Positions 40,317 through 49,625 of a stretch of DNA of 64,000 bases are shown here, piece by piece. The notes under the pieces were generated by a model. It saw only the letters and a list, made by a program, of their open reading frames with translations, did no database searches and was not told the DNA's origin. Positions within the stretch are counted from its first letter, which is position 1; the number at the start of each line of letters is the position of its first letter. A program made the position numbers and the translations under genes. Origin of the DNA: Nitrosopumilus sp. (GTDB lineage: Archaea; Thermoproteota; Nitrososphaeria; Nitrososphaerales; Nitrosopumilaceae); contig OY763927.2 of assembly GCA_963667665.2 (NCBI GenBank), forward strand, positions 608,001 to 672,000. The letters run 5' to 3'.

Positions 40317-41150
40317 TCATTTATTCCCATCCTCCACTTTGCGAGCAAACTCATTGGGGGTGACATACCCCAGAGCCGAGTGTATCTTGTCGTTGTTGTA
40401 GTCTGCAAACGCTCTGGCCAACACCACTTCGGCGTCTTGGAACCTGACAAACTCATGGGGCCATACATACTCCCGTTTGAGCGTTCCATGGAAAGACTCT
40501 ACGTGTCTGTTCTGTTCTGGCGTGTGCTTCCAGATGAACTCGTGCCGGATCCCCAACGCTTTCATTGCCTCCCGAAATTTGCGGCTGATGTACTGTGAAC
40601 CGTTGTCTGTCCTGAGCCTCAATCCTGGAACTTTTCCACCGGCCTCTGAGACGGCCTGCAGGACGGACTGAATCGCAGTGTCGGCCGTGGCCGCGGTGTC
40701 AAACATGTAAGCTGCCCACTTCCTGGTGAACACGTCCAAGACGTTGAAACAGTAACACCATCCGTCCCTACCGCAGTGAATGTATGTAATGTCCGTCTCC
40801 CATAACTGGTTGGGTCCGGTTGGCTTGAATCTCTTGCGTCTGGATATCCTGATTATGTCATTTTTCGTCTTTTGTGGCTCGTTCCAGCCTATTTTCCGAT
40901 ATATCCGCTGTATTTTCTTGCGGTTGGTGGACACCCCGGTCTCTCGAGAGATCTGCGCGGCCATCCTCCTGGTTCCGTACGTGGGACGCCTTGATGCTAT
41001 CTGTCGCACCTTATGGGTGACGCTGGCATCTATGGGGATCACCTTGAATTTTTTGGTGTAATGCCAAGCGCATTTGGATACCCCGCAATACCGCAACGCC
41101 TTGTTCAGGCTCATGTATTCGACGGCTTCACTGACTGCCTTTGTCTTCAT
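40317..41150 (-). CDS. IS3-family transposase OrfB (DDE/rve)
   Basis: YGTRR, WETDITY, TDNGSQY, ESFHGTLKRE, HSALGY. Confidence 0.93.
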   Translation of the reverse strand: MKTKAVSEAVEYMSLNKALRYCGVSKCAWHYTKKFKVIPIDASVTHKVRQIASRRPTYGTRRMAAQISRETGVSTNRKKIQRIYRKIGWNEPQKTKNDIIRISRRKRFKPTGPNQLWETDITYIHCGRDGWCYCFNVLDVFTRKWAAYMFDTAATADTAIQSVLQAVSEAGGKVPGLRLRTDNGSQYISRKFREAMKALGIRHEFIWKHTPEQNRHVESFHGTLKREYVWPHEFVRFQDAEVVLARAFADYNNDKIHSALGYVTPNEFARKVEDGNK

Positions 41151-41434
41151 TGTTTTGCGCCCTCCAAAGTTTTTTTTAAAATGTCGTTGGCCACGGTAAT
41201 CTCGCCTATTATACGCTTGAGATTTTCCACCTCCTTTGTGTGGATCTTGGCCACATCCCCTCGGCCCGCCAAGGCTTGTTTCCCACCTGCCATGAATTTA
41301 TCCTTCCAGTCTTGGAATGTGGCCGGTGAGATGTTGTGCTTGCGACATAACTCAGCAGCAGACGTACTGGTATTCAAAAATTCCAGCACGATCCTGGCCT
41401 TCTCCTGTGGCATGCGTCTCTTGCTCATACCCAT
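41147..41434 (-). CDS. IS3-family transposase OrfA (HTH)
   Basis: EKARIVLE...ELCRKHNISPATFQDWK; ATGA overlap with orfB. Confidence 0.9.
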   Translation of the reverse strand: MGMSKRRMPQEKARIVLEFLNTSTSAAELCRKHNISPATFQDWKDKFMAGGKQALAGRGDVAKIHTKEVENLKRIIGEITVANDILKKTLEGAKQ

Positions 41435-41602
41435 TTTGTTACCCCCTGTGCCAAAAAGCATTCGGATTTGATCGGTTCTATTCTAGAGGGGTCCGGCCCA
41501 GGAGCCACACAACAAACAATCACTTCCAGTACTACTTGTCCTGGATAGTTCTTTTTTTTAATTTGTATAATTAACACATAATGATACCTGGTGATAAACT
41601 AA

Positions 41603-41866
41603 ATGTTAAAACAATTTATTTTTGGATATTCAACAAGAACGATTTCGGTTCTAGTACTAATGGCAATAGTACTATCAATGACTTCTAGTACGGTATTTGC
41701 AACTACGCCTGAAAGAGAGGTACCTTTTTTACCAATTATTAATCATGATGATATTTTTGATGCAAGATATGGTTCTGATGCAGCAAATAGCGTATTAATT
41801 GAAATAGAGAAAGTAAATAATATGTTTTCCATTATGAAAAATGATTTGAAATTTAAACAATCATGA
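41603..41866 (+). CDS. Secreted protein (probably truncated)
   Basis: Signal peptide ending STVFA. Confidence 0.5.
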   Translation: MLKQFIFGYSTRTISVLVLMAIVLSMTSSTVFATTPEREVPFLPIINHDDIFDARYGSDAANSVLIEIEKVNNMFSIMKNDLKFKQS

Positions 41867-41954
41867 CCGCGTGATTATCAGTAACCAAAATATTTGCTAA
41901 TTCAGCCAGATATTATGTAATTACCAGCTTTACTATACCTAATATGGGAACAAT

Positions 41955-42527
41955 TTGTCATTGCGAAGAAAAACCATAACATTAACAATTTCAAAACAAG
42001 AAATTATTAAAAAAAGTAAAAATAATAATCAAAAAGCTGCTAGATTACGTAGACAGCGAGGGTATCACTGGGAAGATACATTAGTAAAACGATTCAATAA
42101 TGTAGAAAAATGGAAAGCATTTAGACTTGGCTCTCCAAGTATTGCATTACCCGACGTATTGGCAGTAAGTACAGAAGAAAATACAATATATGCCATAGAG
42201 GCAAAATCTGGAACTAGTACATCACTTCCAGTTCCAGCAGATCAGATTGAGCGATGTTTAGAATGGATTAAGACGTTTGATATTTTCAAAAAAAGAAATG
42301 TGCTTTTGGCATTCAAATTTCTCTCCAAAAAAAGGTTAGGCGTGGGAAAATACGAAAGCCGAGAATTAAGAGAATTCTATAAAATTTGGGATGAATCACT
42401 AGAAATCACAGATTGTGTCTGTACGTATGAAGGGAAGTTTTTTGCAAAAATAGACGGTATAAGAAAAGAACTTTTTCTCAAGGAATGCTCAATGCCATTT
42501 AAGACTAAACAAAGGAATAGCACATAA
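41955..42527 (+). CDS. Hjc-like Holliday junction resolvase (PD-(D/E)xK)
   Basis: RGYHWE, LPDVLA, IEAKS. Confidence 0.85.
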   Translation: MSLRRKTITLTISKQEIIKKSKNNNQKAARLRRQRGYHWEDTLVKRFNNVEKWKAFRLGSPSIALPDVLAVSTEENTIYAIEAKSGTSTSLPVPADQIERCLEWIKTFDIFKKRNVLLAFKFLSKKRLGVGKYESRELREFYKIWDESLEITDCVCTYEGKFFAKIDGIRKELFLKECSMPFKTKQRNST

Positions 42528-42578
42528 CAAAAATTGATTTTCAAATGATTTTATAAGGATAAAATGCAATAATGAATA

Positions 42579-43022
42579 ATGTCTGAAGAAAATAGTGAAT
42601 CAACTGAAATAAATTCTGAGTCACTATTAGAGATAGTTTCTGATGCTGAAGTCAATTCACGAATTAGTTTTGAAGAATTTACTGATGAAAGAACACTGAT
42701 CAGTTATGATACTTTTGGTAAAAAACAAATGAAGATCAAGGTATTGGAAGTATCTGATGAGGTTCCTCATTTAAGATGGAAACTTGGAGATCGTGTTAAA
42801 ATAACAAAAATTCTTGTGACTATCAAACATCTTGAAACACAACAAGTAGAAGAAGGTGAATTTGATATCGAATCTATTGAAAGAGAGTTAGCTGAAAAGA
42901 GACACTATACCTCAACTAACAGATGGATTCCCGTAGACTTTATTAAAAATGGATATGTTTTAAAATCGTATCACACCAGATTAATCAGCGATGCACACGC
43001 ACTAGATTATATTATATTTTGA
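42579..43022 (+). CDS. Hypothetical protein
   Basis: 147-aa ORF. Confidence 0.7.
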   Translation: MSEENSESTEINSESLLEIVSDAEVNSRISFEEFTDERTLISYDTFGKKQMKIKVLEVSDEVPHLRWKLGDRVKITKILVTIKHLETQQVEEGEFDIESIERELAEKRHYTSTNRWIPVDFIKNGYVLKSYHTRLISDAHALDYIIF

Positions 43023-43094
43023 TTAGATATTGTATCAAAAATTTATGATTAATCTCTGAAAAACATTATAAACAAAAGAATTTGAAAATGGTGT

Positions 43095-43412
43095 ATGAGT
43101 TCAAAAGAATTCGAAGTGAATGGAACTGATTACAAAGTTGTATTAACAGACCAAGTAATCGGCCAAGTAAACAATCTCAAAGATCTTTATAATGCAGCAT
43201 ACGAAGATCCTGAAAGCTTTGAGGATGTCAGTGCTGAAATTTCAAGTACAATTAATGAAATTGCTAGTATTGTAAAACCCCCAGCAGAAGACAGTGATCT
43301 TGATGGACTAATTCAAGAAATTATTAAAGCAGTAGATACCAAGGCATCAGAAATTGAGAAGGAACTACAAGAAAAAGAAAAACCTGAGAAAAAATCAAAA
43401 TCTAAAAAATAA
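43095..43412 (+). CDS. Hypothetical acidic protein
   Basis: 105-aa ORF. Confidence 0.75.
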   Translation: MSSKEFEVNGTDYKVVLTDQVIGQVNNLKDLYNAAYEDPESFEDVSAEISSTINEIASIVKPPAEDSDLDGLIQEIIKAVDTKASEIEKELQEKEKPEKKSKSKK

Positions 43413-43474
43413 TCAACCATAAACTCATAAAAAATCAAGACATACATTATATTCTAAATAAGATAATTATAATT

Positions 43475-43591
43475 ATGTCAAGAAGCTGTGAATGTGGTAT
43501 TTGCGGTCATCATAGTGAATCAGAATGCCTTGAAAAAGAATGTAAATGCTGTTTAAATTTTCATGAAAGATCAGGTCCAAAACGAAAATAA
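43475..43591 (+). CDS. Metallothionein-like Cys/His-rich micro-protein (38 aa)
   Basis: MSRSCECGICGHHSESECLEKECKCCLNFHERSGPKRK. Confidence 0.6.
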   Translation: MSRSCECGICGHHSESECLEKECKCCLNFHERSGPKRK

Positions 43592-43602
43592 TTTTTTTTA
43601 AC

Positions 43603-43710
43603 TTAACTATCTTTATTGAAGCAACCACACTTTTTTGAAATATGTCTTGAACATCCAAACAATTTATGATCTTTACAACCACATAACACACATTTTTTTT
43701 CAGCAGTCAT
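43603..43710 (-). CDS. Cys/His-rich micro-protein (35 aa)
   Basis: MTAEKKCVLCGCKDHKLFGCSRHISKKCGCFNKDS; ATGA-coupled to 43707-44081. Confidence 0.6.
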   Translation of the reverse strand: MTAEKKCVLCGCKDHKLFGCSRHISKKCGCFNKDS

Positions 43711-44081
43711 AATTTTTCAATTAATTCCTTAACTTCATCCATCATTTTTTTATCTTCTAGTGCTTCCAATATCTTTAATCGCATATTTTTTACCCTTTTG
43801 AGATCATTGGAATATAATGGTGCCATAGTTTCAATTTCTTTTTCAAAGTAATAATTATCCAAATAATACTGAAATTTGGATTTTACTGTACTAAAATTAA
43901 ACGAAGTAATTTTTTCAGTATCAATTTTTTTTAATACAACTTTTAAGAATCCATTAATTTTCAGTATCTCTTTTTTAATATTATTAAGATCTTCATTTTT
44001 ATCTTCAATTTCTTTCAGTTTTTTGTATGAATCAAATATCTGCTTTAGTATGTTTTTTAAATATTCATTATAAGTGACCAC
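43707..44081 (-). CDS. Hypothetical helical protein
   Basis: 124-aa ORF. Confidence 0.7.
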   Translation of the reverse strand: MVTYNEYLKNILKQIFDSYKKLKEIEDKNEDLNNIKKEILKINGFLKVVLKKIDTEKITSFNFSTVKSKFQYYLDNYYFEKEIETMAPLYSNDLKRVKNMRLKILEALEDKKMMDEVKELIEKL

Positions 44082-44179
44082 AGTTATTTTTAAGATTAAT
44101 CTAATCTAAAGTTTAGGAAAAATAGCTTGACTTGTATAAAATTTACACATTTGCTTTAAATTATCACCAATTATCTGTA

Positions 44180-45523
44180 ATGACAATGCAGGATGATGCT
44201 TATCTCAAATGTATTGATCCACAATGTGGTTTAGAGTACCCAATTAAGAGTACAAATGTACAATGTGAGGAAGGTCACATGTTAGATGTCAAATATAAAA
44301 ACAAGTTATCAGATAAATTAAAGGAAATATTTTACAAAAGACGAAATTCTCAGGGGAACATTTTCAATGAAAGTGGAGTTTGGAGATTTAGAGAATTGTT
44401 AAATTTTTGCCAGATAGATACTGAAGATATTGAAGAGTGTTCAAAATATCTAGTATCGCTTGATGGAGCAGAGGGAAGACAATCAAAGCCATACCAAATG
44501 TCAAAAGCAGCAGAATTTACAGGAACATCAAATGAAAATTTATGGCTACAGCCTGAAGGATACAACCCAAGTGGCTCTTTCAAAGATAACGGTATGGCTA
44601 CAGCAGTAACTCATGCAAAAATGGTGAATGCGAAAAGAATTGTTTGTGCATCAACTGGAAACACATCAGCTTCTGCTGGAATGTTTGCAGCAAATGAGGG
44701 GATGAACTGCGATGTATATATTCCTGCAGGACAAATTGCACCAGGAAAACTCAGTCAAGCATATCAGTTTGGGGCACAAATTGTGGAAGTAGATGGAAAT
44801 TTTGATGATGCATTAAAACAATCACTAGAAGATGTAGATAATCATGATGGATACACAGTAAACTCAATTAACCCATTTAGAATTGAAGGACAAAAAACAA
44901 TTCCATTTAGAGCATTAGAGTACCTTAATTGGGAATCACCAGATTGGATTGTTTATCCAGGAGGAGCTTTAGGAAATACTTCAAGTTGTGGAAAGGCACT
45001 AATGGAATTACATGAGTGGGGTTGGATTAAAAAAATTCCAAGAATAGCAGTCATAAATTCTGAAGGTGCAAGTACATTATCAGATTTGTATAATGGAAAT
45101 TTTGAAGGAGAAGAGCTTAGATGGAATAAAGGTAAACCAAATACTGAATTAATATCAAGATACTATAATCATTTAGATAAAGAAGGAATACGTCCAAAAA
45201 CCAAAGCTACTGCAATCCAAATTGGTAGACCGACAAATATTTTGAAAGGTTTACGTGCACTAGAATTCACAAACGGTATAGTAACAACAGTTTCAGACTC
45301 TGAAATGCTTGATGGTATGTCAGTTGTAGGTCTAAATGGTTTTGATTGTGAGATGGCATCAGGGGCAACAGTTGTAGGAATTAAGAAATTAATCAATGAA
45401 GAGATAATCAAAAAAGATGATGTAGTAGTTGGAATACTCACAGGTAGACAAAAAGATGCAATGCTTCCTGTTGAATACCATAACAATCCTGAAAATAAAT
45501 TTGCAAAACCACCAAAAAACTAG
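44180..45523 (+). CDS. thrC: Threonine synthase
   Basis: NPSGSFKD, CASTGNTSAS, NSINPFRIEGQKT. Confidence 0.95.
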   Translation: MTMQDDAYLKCIDPQCGLEYPIKSTNVQCEEGHMLDVKYKNKLSDKLKEIFYKRRNSQGNIFNESGVWRFRELLNFCQIDTEDIEECSKYLVSLDGAEGRQSKPYQMSKAAEFTGTSNENLWLQPEGYNPSGSFKDNGMATAVTHAKMVNAKRIVCASTGNTSASAGMFAANEGMNCDVYIPAGQIAPGKLSQAYQFGAQIVEVDGNFDDALKQSLEDVDNHDGYTVNSINPFRIEGQKTIPFRALEYLNWESPDWIVYPGGALGNTSSCGKALMELHEWGWIKKIPRIAVINSEGASTLSDLYNGNFEGEELRWNKGKPNTELISRYYNHLDKEGIRPKTKATAIQIGRPTNILKGLRALEFTNGIVTTVSDSEMLDGMSVVGLNGFDCEMASGATVVGIKKLINEEIIKKDDVVVGILTGRQKDAMLPVEYHNNPENKFAKPPKN

Positions 45524-45674
45524 GCTCATTTTTAGGCTCAATTAATTCATAACTGTTTCAGTATCTTAAGAGTTAAATCTCAGTTTTACAAATTTATCAT
45601 AACCAAAAGATGGTGCAAAAAAACTAAATGAATAATTTGTGTAGTTGTTCTAAGAAATTTTATCGGAGGATATC

Positions 45675-46928
45675 ATGGTAGATTTATGGGTTGAAATTGT
45701 AATCTTATCTGCTCTCATTGGATTATCTGGATTTTTTAGTGGATTAGAAGTTGCACTTGTTGGAATCAGAAAATCAAAAGTAATTCAACTGTTTCAGGAA
45801 GGAAAAAAAGGTTCAAAAGCATTACACAAATTAAAAACAAACCCAAGCTGGATGATGTCAAGTGTAAATCTTGGCAATAACCTTGTAAGTGTTGGAGCAT
45901 CTGCACTTGCAACAAGTTTAGCAATCAGATTATTTGGAGATGACGGTTTAGGAATTGCAGTTGGAGTAATGACATTTTTAATTCTTGTATTTGGTGAGAT
46001 TACTCCAAAAACATACTGTAATGCAAATTCTACTAAAATTGCACTAAGATATGCCCCGGTATTACTGACATTTAGTTATGTATTCTATCCAGTTGTGAAA
46101 TTCTTTGAAGTTATTACAAAAGGGGTAGTAAAATTAACTGGAAGTAGTTACACTCCTCCACCAATTACTGAAGAAGATATCAAAGAAGTAATTGATCAAG
46201 GATTAGAAGAAAAAGCAATTGAAAAAGAAGAGATGAAGTTAGTTAAAGGAGCTCTAAAATTTGATGACACTGTAATTCGTTCTGTAATGACTCCAAGAAC
46301 AAAGATGTTTACACTTAATTCGAAAATGTTGCTTTTTGAGGCACTACCTCAGATTAATCAAAGTGGACATTCAAGAATTCCAATTTATGGTGATACAAAA
46401 GACGATATTGTAGGATTTATTCATGCAAGGGACATTCTAAAAGAATTAGAGAAAGACAACAAGATGGCAAGTCTAGAACAGATTGCTAGAAAACCTGTTT
46501 TTGCATCTCAAGAAAAAATGGTTAGTTCTTTGTTAATGGAAATGCAAGGAAGAAGAACTCACATGGCAATTGTTATTGATGAACATGGAGGGATTGAAGG
46601 TCTGGTTACCCTAGAAGACTTGGTTGAAGAGATTGTAGGTGAGATTGAAGATGAGACAGATCTACCGAGACCAGCAGGATATGAAAAAATTGATCAAGAT
46701 ACAATAATCACTAATGGAGATATCGAGATTGATATAATTAATGAAATTTTCAAGACCAACATTCTGGAAGGAGATGACTATGCATCACTTAATGGATTAC
46801 TTCATGAAAAACTCAAAGATATTCCACAAGAAGGAGACAAGGTGGAAATAGATGAACTCAGAATAATTGTTGAAAAAGTTTCAAAAAATATTCCCAAAAA
46901 AATTAGAATTGAGAGAATTAAACACTAG
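45675..46928 (+). CDS. CNNM/HlyC-CorC family CBS-domain membrane protein
   Basis: FFSGLEVA, GEITPK, MTPR, HSRIPIY, GLVTLEDLVEEIVGEI. Confidence 0.93.
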   Translation: MVDLWVEIVILSALIGLSGFFSGLEVALVGIRKSKVIQLFQEGKKGSKALHKLKTNPSWMMSSVNLGNNLVSVGASALATSLAIRLFGDDGLGIAVGVMTFLILVFGEITPKTYCNANSTKIALRYAPVLLTFSYVFYPVVKFFEVITKGVVKLTGSSYTPPPITEEDIKEVIDQGLEEKAIEKEEMKLVKGALKFDDTVIRSVMTPRTKMFTLNSKMLLFEALPQINQSGHSRIPIYGDTKDDIVGFIHARDILKELEKDNKMASLEQIARKPVFASQEKMVSSLLMEMQGRRTHMAIVIDEHGGIEGLVTLEDLVEEIVGEIEDETDLPRPAGYEKIDQDTIITNGDIEIDIINEIFKTNILEGDDYASLNGLLHEKLKDIPQEGDKVEIDELRIIVEKVSKNIPKKIRIERIKH

Positions 46929-47977
46929 TCTTTTTTAGTAAAATGTTCTTGTAATTTCTGTTTTTTTTCTTTCATGTGAAAAATTGATTCAGTATGCTCA
47001 AATGCATCTTCATATGATTTTTCAAATAGCATTGCTTGCATTAGTATATGGTTTTCAGGAATCACAATGCCTGTTTGATCATCAGAATACATCATTTGAA
47101 CTGTATCACCTATTGAAGTGGTCATATTTGCATGAATGTGAATCATGTTTGTATCTGTAAAATTAAAACCCATACTTTGAGCATAATCCCTAACATCTTT
47201 GGTACCCTTTGCAGACCACAAAGTGGCTACACCAAATTCATTTGTAAAAATTTCATGAATTTCAGAAGGTTTTGGTGCTAAATCCTTGAATCTAATATCA
47301 ATTATGTGTAAATGCATTTGTCTTGTTGGGACTTTAATTGCTCGAACATAAAGAGGAGTATCCTTTCCAAAATACATCTTCACATCATCCCCATGATGAG
47401 GTTTTTCTGTCATTTCAATAGTATCTGTAATTGATTTATCAGTTTGTTCAATATCTGCCCATCTTCTAATAAGAGTCACATCAAATCGAATTAATCTATC
47501 TCCAAACTTGTCACGTAGTGGTTCGAGAATTTTTCCCATTCCAGTTACATTACAACTACCCTGCATCACATGTTGCTTACCTATGACATGTTCATAATTT
47601 ACCCTAGAGTTAAACAGTAAATCAGAGACAGCTTCAGAGCCCATAGTAGATTCCCCTCCTTGATAAATAACGGAAATATTTTTTGGTTCATAAATATTCT
47701 TTTTATTTTTGTAACCAAATCCGCCAGGAGAAGCATCAATTACTAAATCACAATCATCAAGTACAGACTCTATAGTTCCTGCAATTTTATAATTTGAAAA
47801 ATCACCCATCTTTTTTTCTGGAACATAGACATTCAAACCGCAAGAAATGGCAATCTCTACTTTATCATCAGGAGTGTATTTACCTACTCCAATAACTGTA
47901 ACCTCTGGATCATCTTTAAGAAAAGAAGTAATTCTACTACCAATGGATCCGTAACCATTAATGAAAACTTTCTTCAT
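46925..47977 (-). CDS. gap: Archaeal type II glyceraldehyde-3-phosphate dehydrogenase
   Basis: INGYGSIG, YQGGE, SCNVTG, RRWAD, IVIPEN. Confidence 0.92.
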   Translation of the reverse strand: MKKVFINGYGSIGSRITSFLKDDPEVTVIGVGKYTPDDKVEIAISCGLNVYVPEKKMGDFSNYKIAGTIESVLDDCDLVIDASPGGFGYKNKKNIYEPKNISVIYQGGESTMGSEAVSDLLFNSRVNYEHVIGKQHVMQGSCNVTGMGKILEPLRDKFGDRLIRFDVTLIRRWADIEQTDKSITDTIEMTEKPHHGDDVKMYFGKDTPLYVRAIKVPTRQMHLHIIDIRFKDLAPKPSEIHEIFTNEFGVATLWSAKGTKDVRDYAQSMGFNFTDTNMIHIHANMTTSIGDTVQMMYSDDQTGIVIPENHILMQAMLFEKSYEDAFEHTESIFHMKEKKQKLQEHFTKKD

Positions 47978-48058
47978 AAATTCTGTATAACAGTCCCATT
48001 TATTTAGATTAGTTTGACCTATATTCCCATTTATTTACTATTTTGATTCGAATATAGT

Positions 48059-49123
48059 ATGGACGAAAAGCCTAGATGTTTAGTTCTCTTTGAGGCTTCA
48101 TGTAGATCAGAAGCAACCAAACAATCCTATCTTTATGAATTAGAAAAATTTGTTAGATGGTCAAACAAGGATTATGAAGCATTACTATTTTTAGAAAAAA
48201 CGGAATTAACTGATTTACTTGTTGATTATGCTCTATACCTGAAACAAAGAGTTAGTGCAAATTCAATGCCAATTTACTTTGCAGGAATTTTCAAATTCTT
48301 TGAGATGAGTGATAGAAAATTCAACAAGAGAAAGATTAGATCACTTTATGGTGAGAGGGTAAAACGAGCAGGAGACAGACCAATTACGAGTAAGGAAATT
48401 AATTCTATGATTAGAGGTTGTTCAACTCAAAAACAAAGAGCCTTAGTTTACCTATTTTCCTCAACAGGAGCTAGACCTCAAGCCATAGCCGATCTAAAAA
48501 TGAAACACCTTGAATCTATTGGAAATGGTTGTTTATCTCTAAAACTTTACGAGGGTTCTTTGCATGAAATGTACTCATTTTTGCATGAAAACGCAACTAA
48601 TGAATTAAAACAGTATTTTGAATGGCGTGAAAAACAAGGTGAAAAGTTAAACCCAGAATCTTATGTTTTTGTAAATTCTGATGAATTAATGTTTTTGAGA
48701 GTAAAACCCATGCACAGTACATCAGTATCTTCAGTGTTTAGAGAGCTTATCGAGAAATCAGAAATTAAGAGAACAAAGGTGAATACAAAGAACTATGATT
48801 TATCTGCAACAGGTGGATTTAGAAAGAGATTCAATACTATAATGAAATTAAATCCTAATGTTTCTCAAACCATTGGTGAGATGTTAATGGATCATTCAAA
48901 TTATTTAGAGAAGCATTACTTTAAACCAACAAAAGAACAATTGTTTGCAGAATTTGAGAAAGCAATTCCTGAATTAATATTTGATGATGCAGAGAAATTA
49001 AGAATTACAAATGAGAATCAACAAAAAAAGATTAAGGAATTAGAAACAGATCAAGACAGAAAAATTATGAATCTAGAATTTATTGTCGGAGAATTATCCA
49101 AAAGATTAGAATCTAAACTATAA
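48059..49123 (+). CDS. Tyrosine recombinase/integrase
   Basis: STGARPQA, GGFRKRF, LMDH, HY; C-terminal coiled coil. Confidence 0.88.
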   Translation: MDEKPRCLVLFEASCRSEATKQSYLYELEKFVRWSNKDYEALLFLEKTELTDLLVDYALYLKQRVSANSMPIYFAGIFKFFEMSDRKFNKRKIRSLYGERVKRAGDRPITSKEINSMIRGCSTQKQRALVYLFSSTGARPQAIADLKMKHLESIGNGCLSLKLYEGSLHEMYSFLHENATNELKQYFEWREKQGEKLNPESYVFVNSDELMFLRVKPMHSTSVSSVFRELIEKSEIKRTKVNTKNYDLSATGGFRKRFNTIMKLNPNVSQTIGEMLMDHSNYLEKHYFKPTKEQLFAEFEKAIPELIFDDAEKLRITNENQQKKIKELETDQDRKIMNLEFIVGELSKRLESKL

Positions 49124-49625
49124 ACTTAGTTTGGTGAAGTGCCATCATATAGTGTTCAATGATTTGTTTTTTGAATGATTTATGATCATTAATTATTCCA
49201 TAGAACATAAAATCAAAGAGTTTAGCAATTTCTGTATTATTTCTTTTAAATTCAGCAGGACTAAGTAATTTTAATCTATATGCCAGAAAGTTTCTATTGT
49301 GAATATTTAGTGTGTTAAAATCACATTCACTAAAGTATCTATAAAGATCCTCCTGCGCAGATTTTGTAAGATAATAGATACCTTTTTTGGTTTTCTTAAA
49401 AAGTGGTTTGTGTTTTTTTACAATTAATTTTCTAAAATCCTTTGCCCAATCATGATCCCAATCTTCTTCAAAGGATATAAAATCTTTTTTTGAAACACTG
49501 ATTTGATAAACTTTTTTTGTTTTTTTTACAAAAATACATTATCACCTAGCTAATATTGCCACATATGAAAATCTTCTTTGCAGGGGGCTTTTGTTGGCCT
49601 TTTATAGTAATGGAGTATTGATTAT

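Larger units (their letters stand above)
40257..41500 (-). mobile_element. IS3-family insertion sequence, apparently complete
   Basis: TG...CA ends with imperfect IR (TGATCTGGACCCCT / TGGGCCGGACCCCT); 4-bp TSD GGAG at 40253-40256 and 41501-41504; orfA and orfB. Confidence 0.93.
39183..41548 (+). pseudogene. Secreted/surface protein, out of frame at a G10 tract and interrupted by IS3
   Basis: 39183 ORF shifts at G10 (39302-39311) into VFAQTSSD...; frame continues to 40256 and resumes after the IS as ATQQTITSSTTCPG*. Confidence 0.65.

Noticed and set aside
49125-49545. Minus-strand coding-like stretch between the two recombinases
   Set aside because: Frame-disrupted, with no start and no recognisable family; too weak to call.
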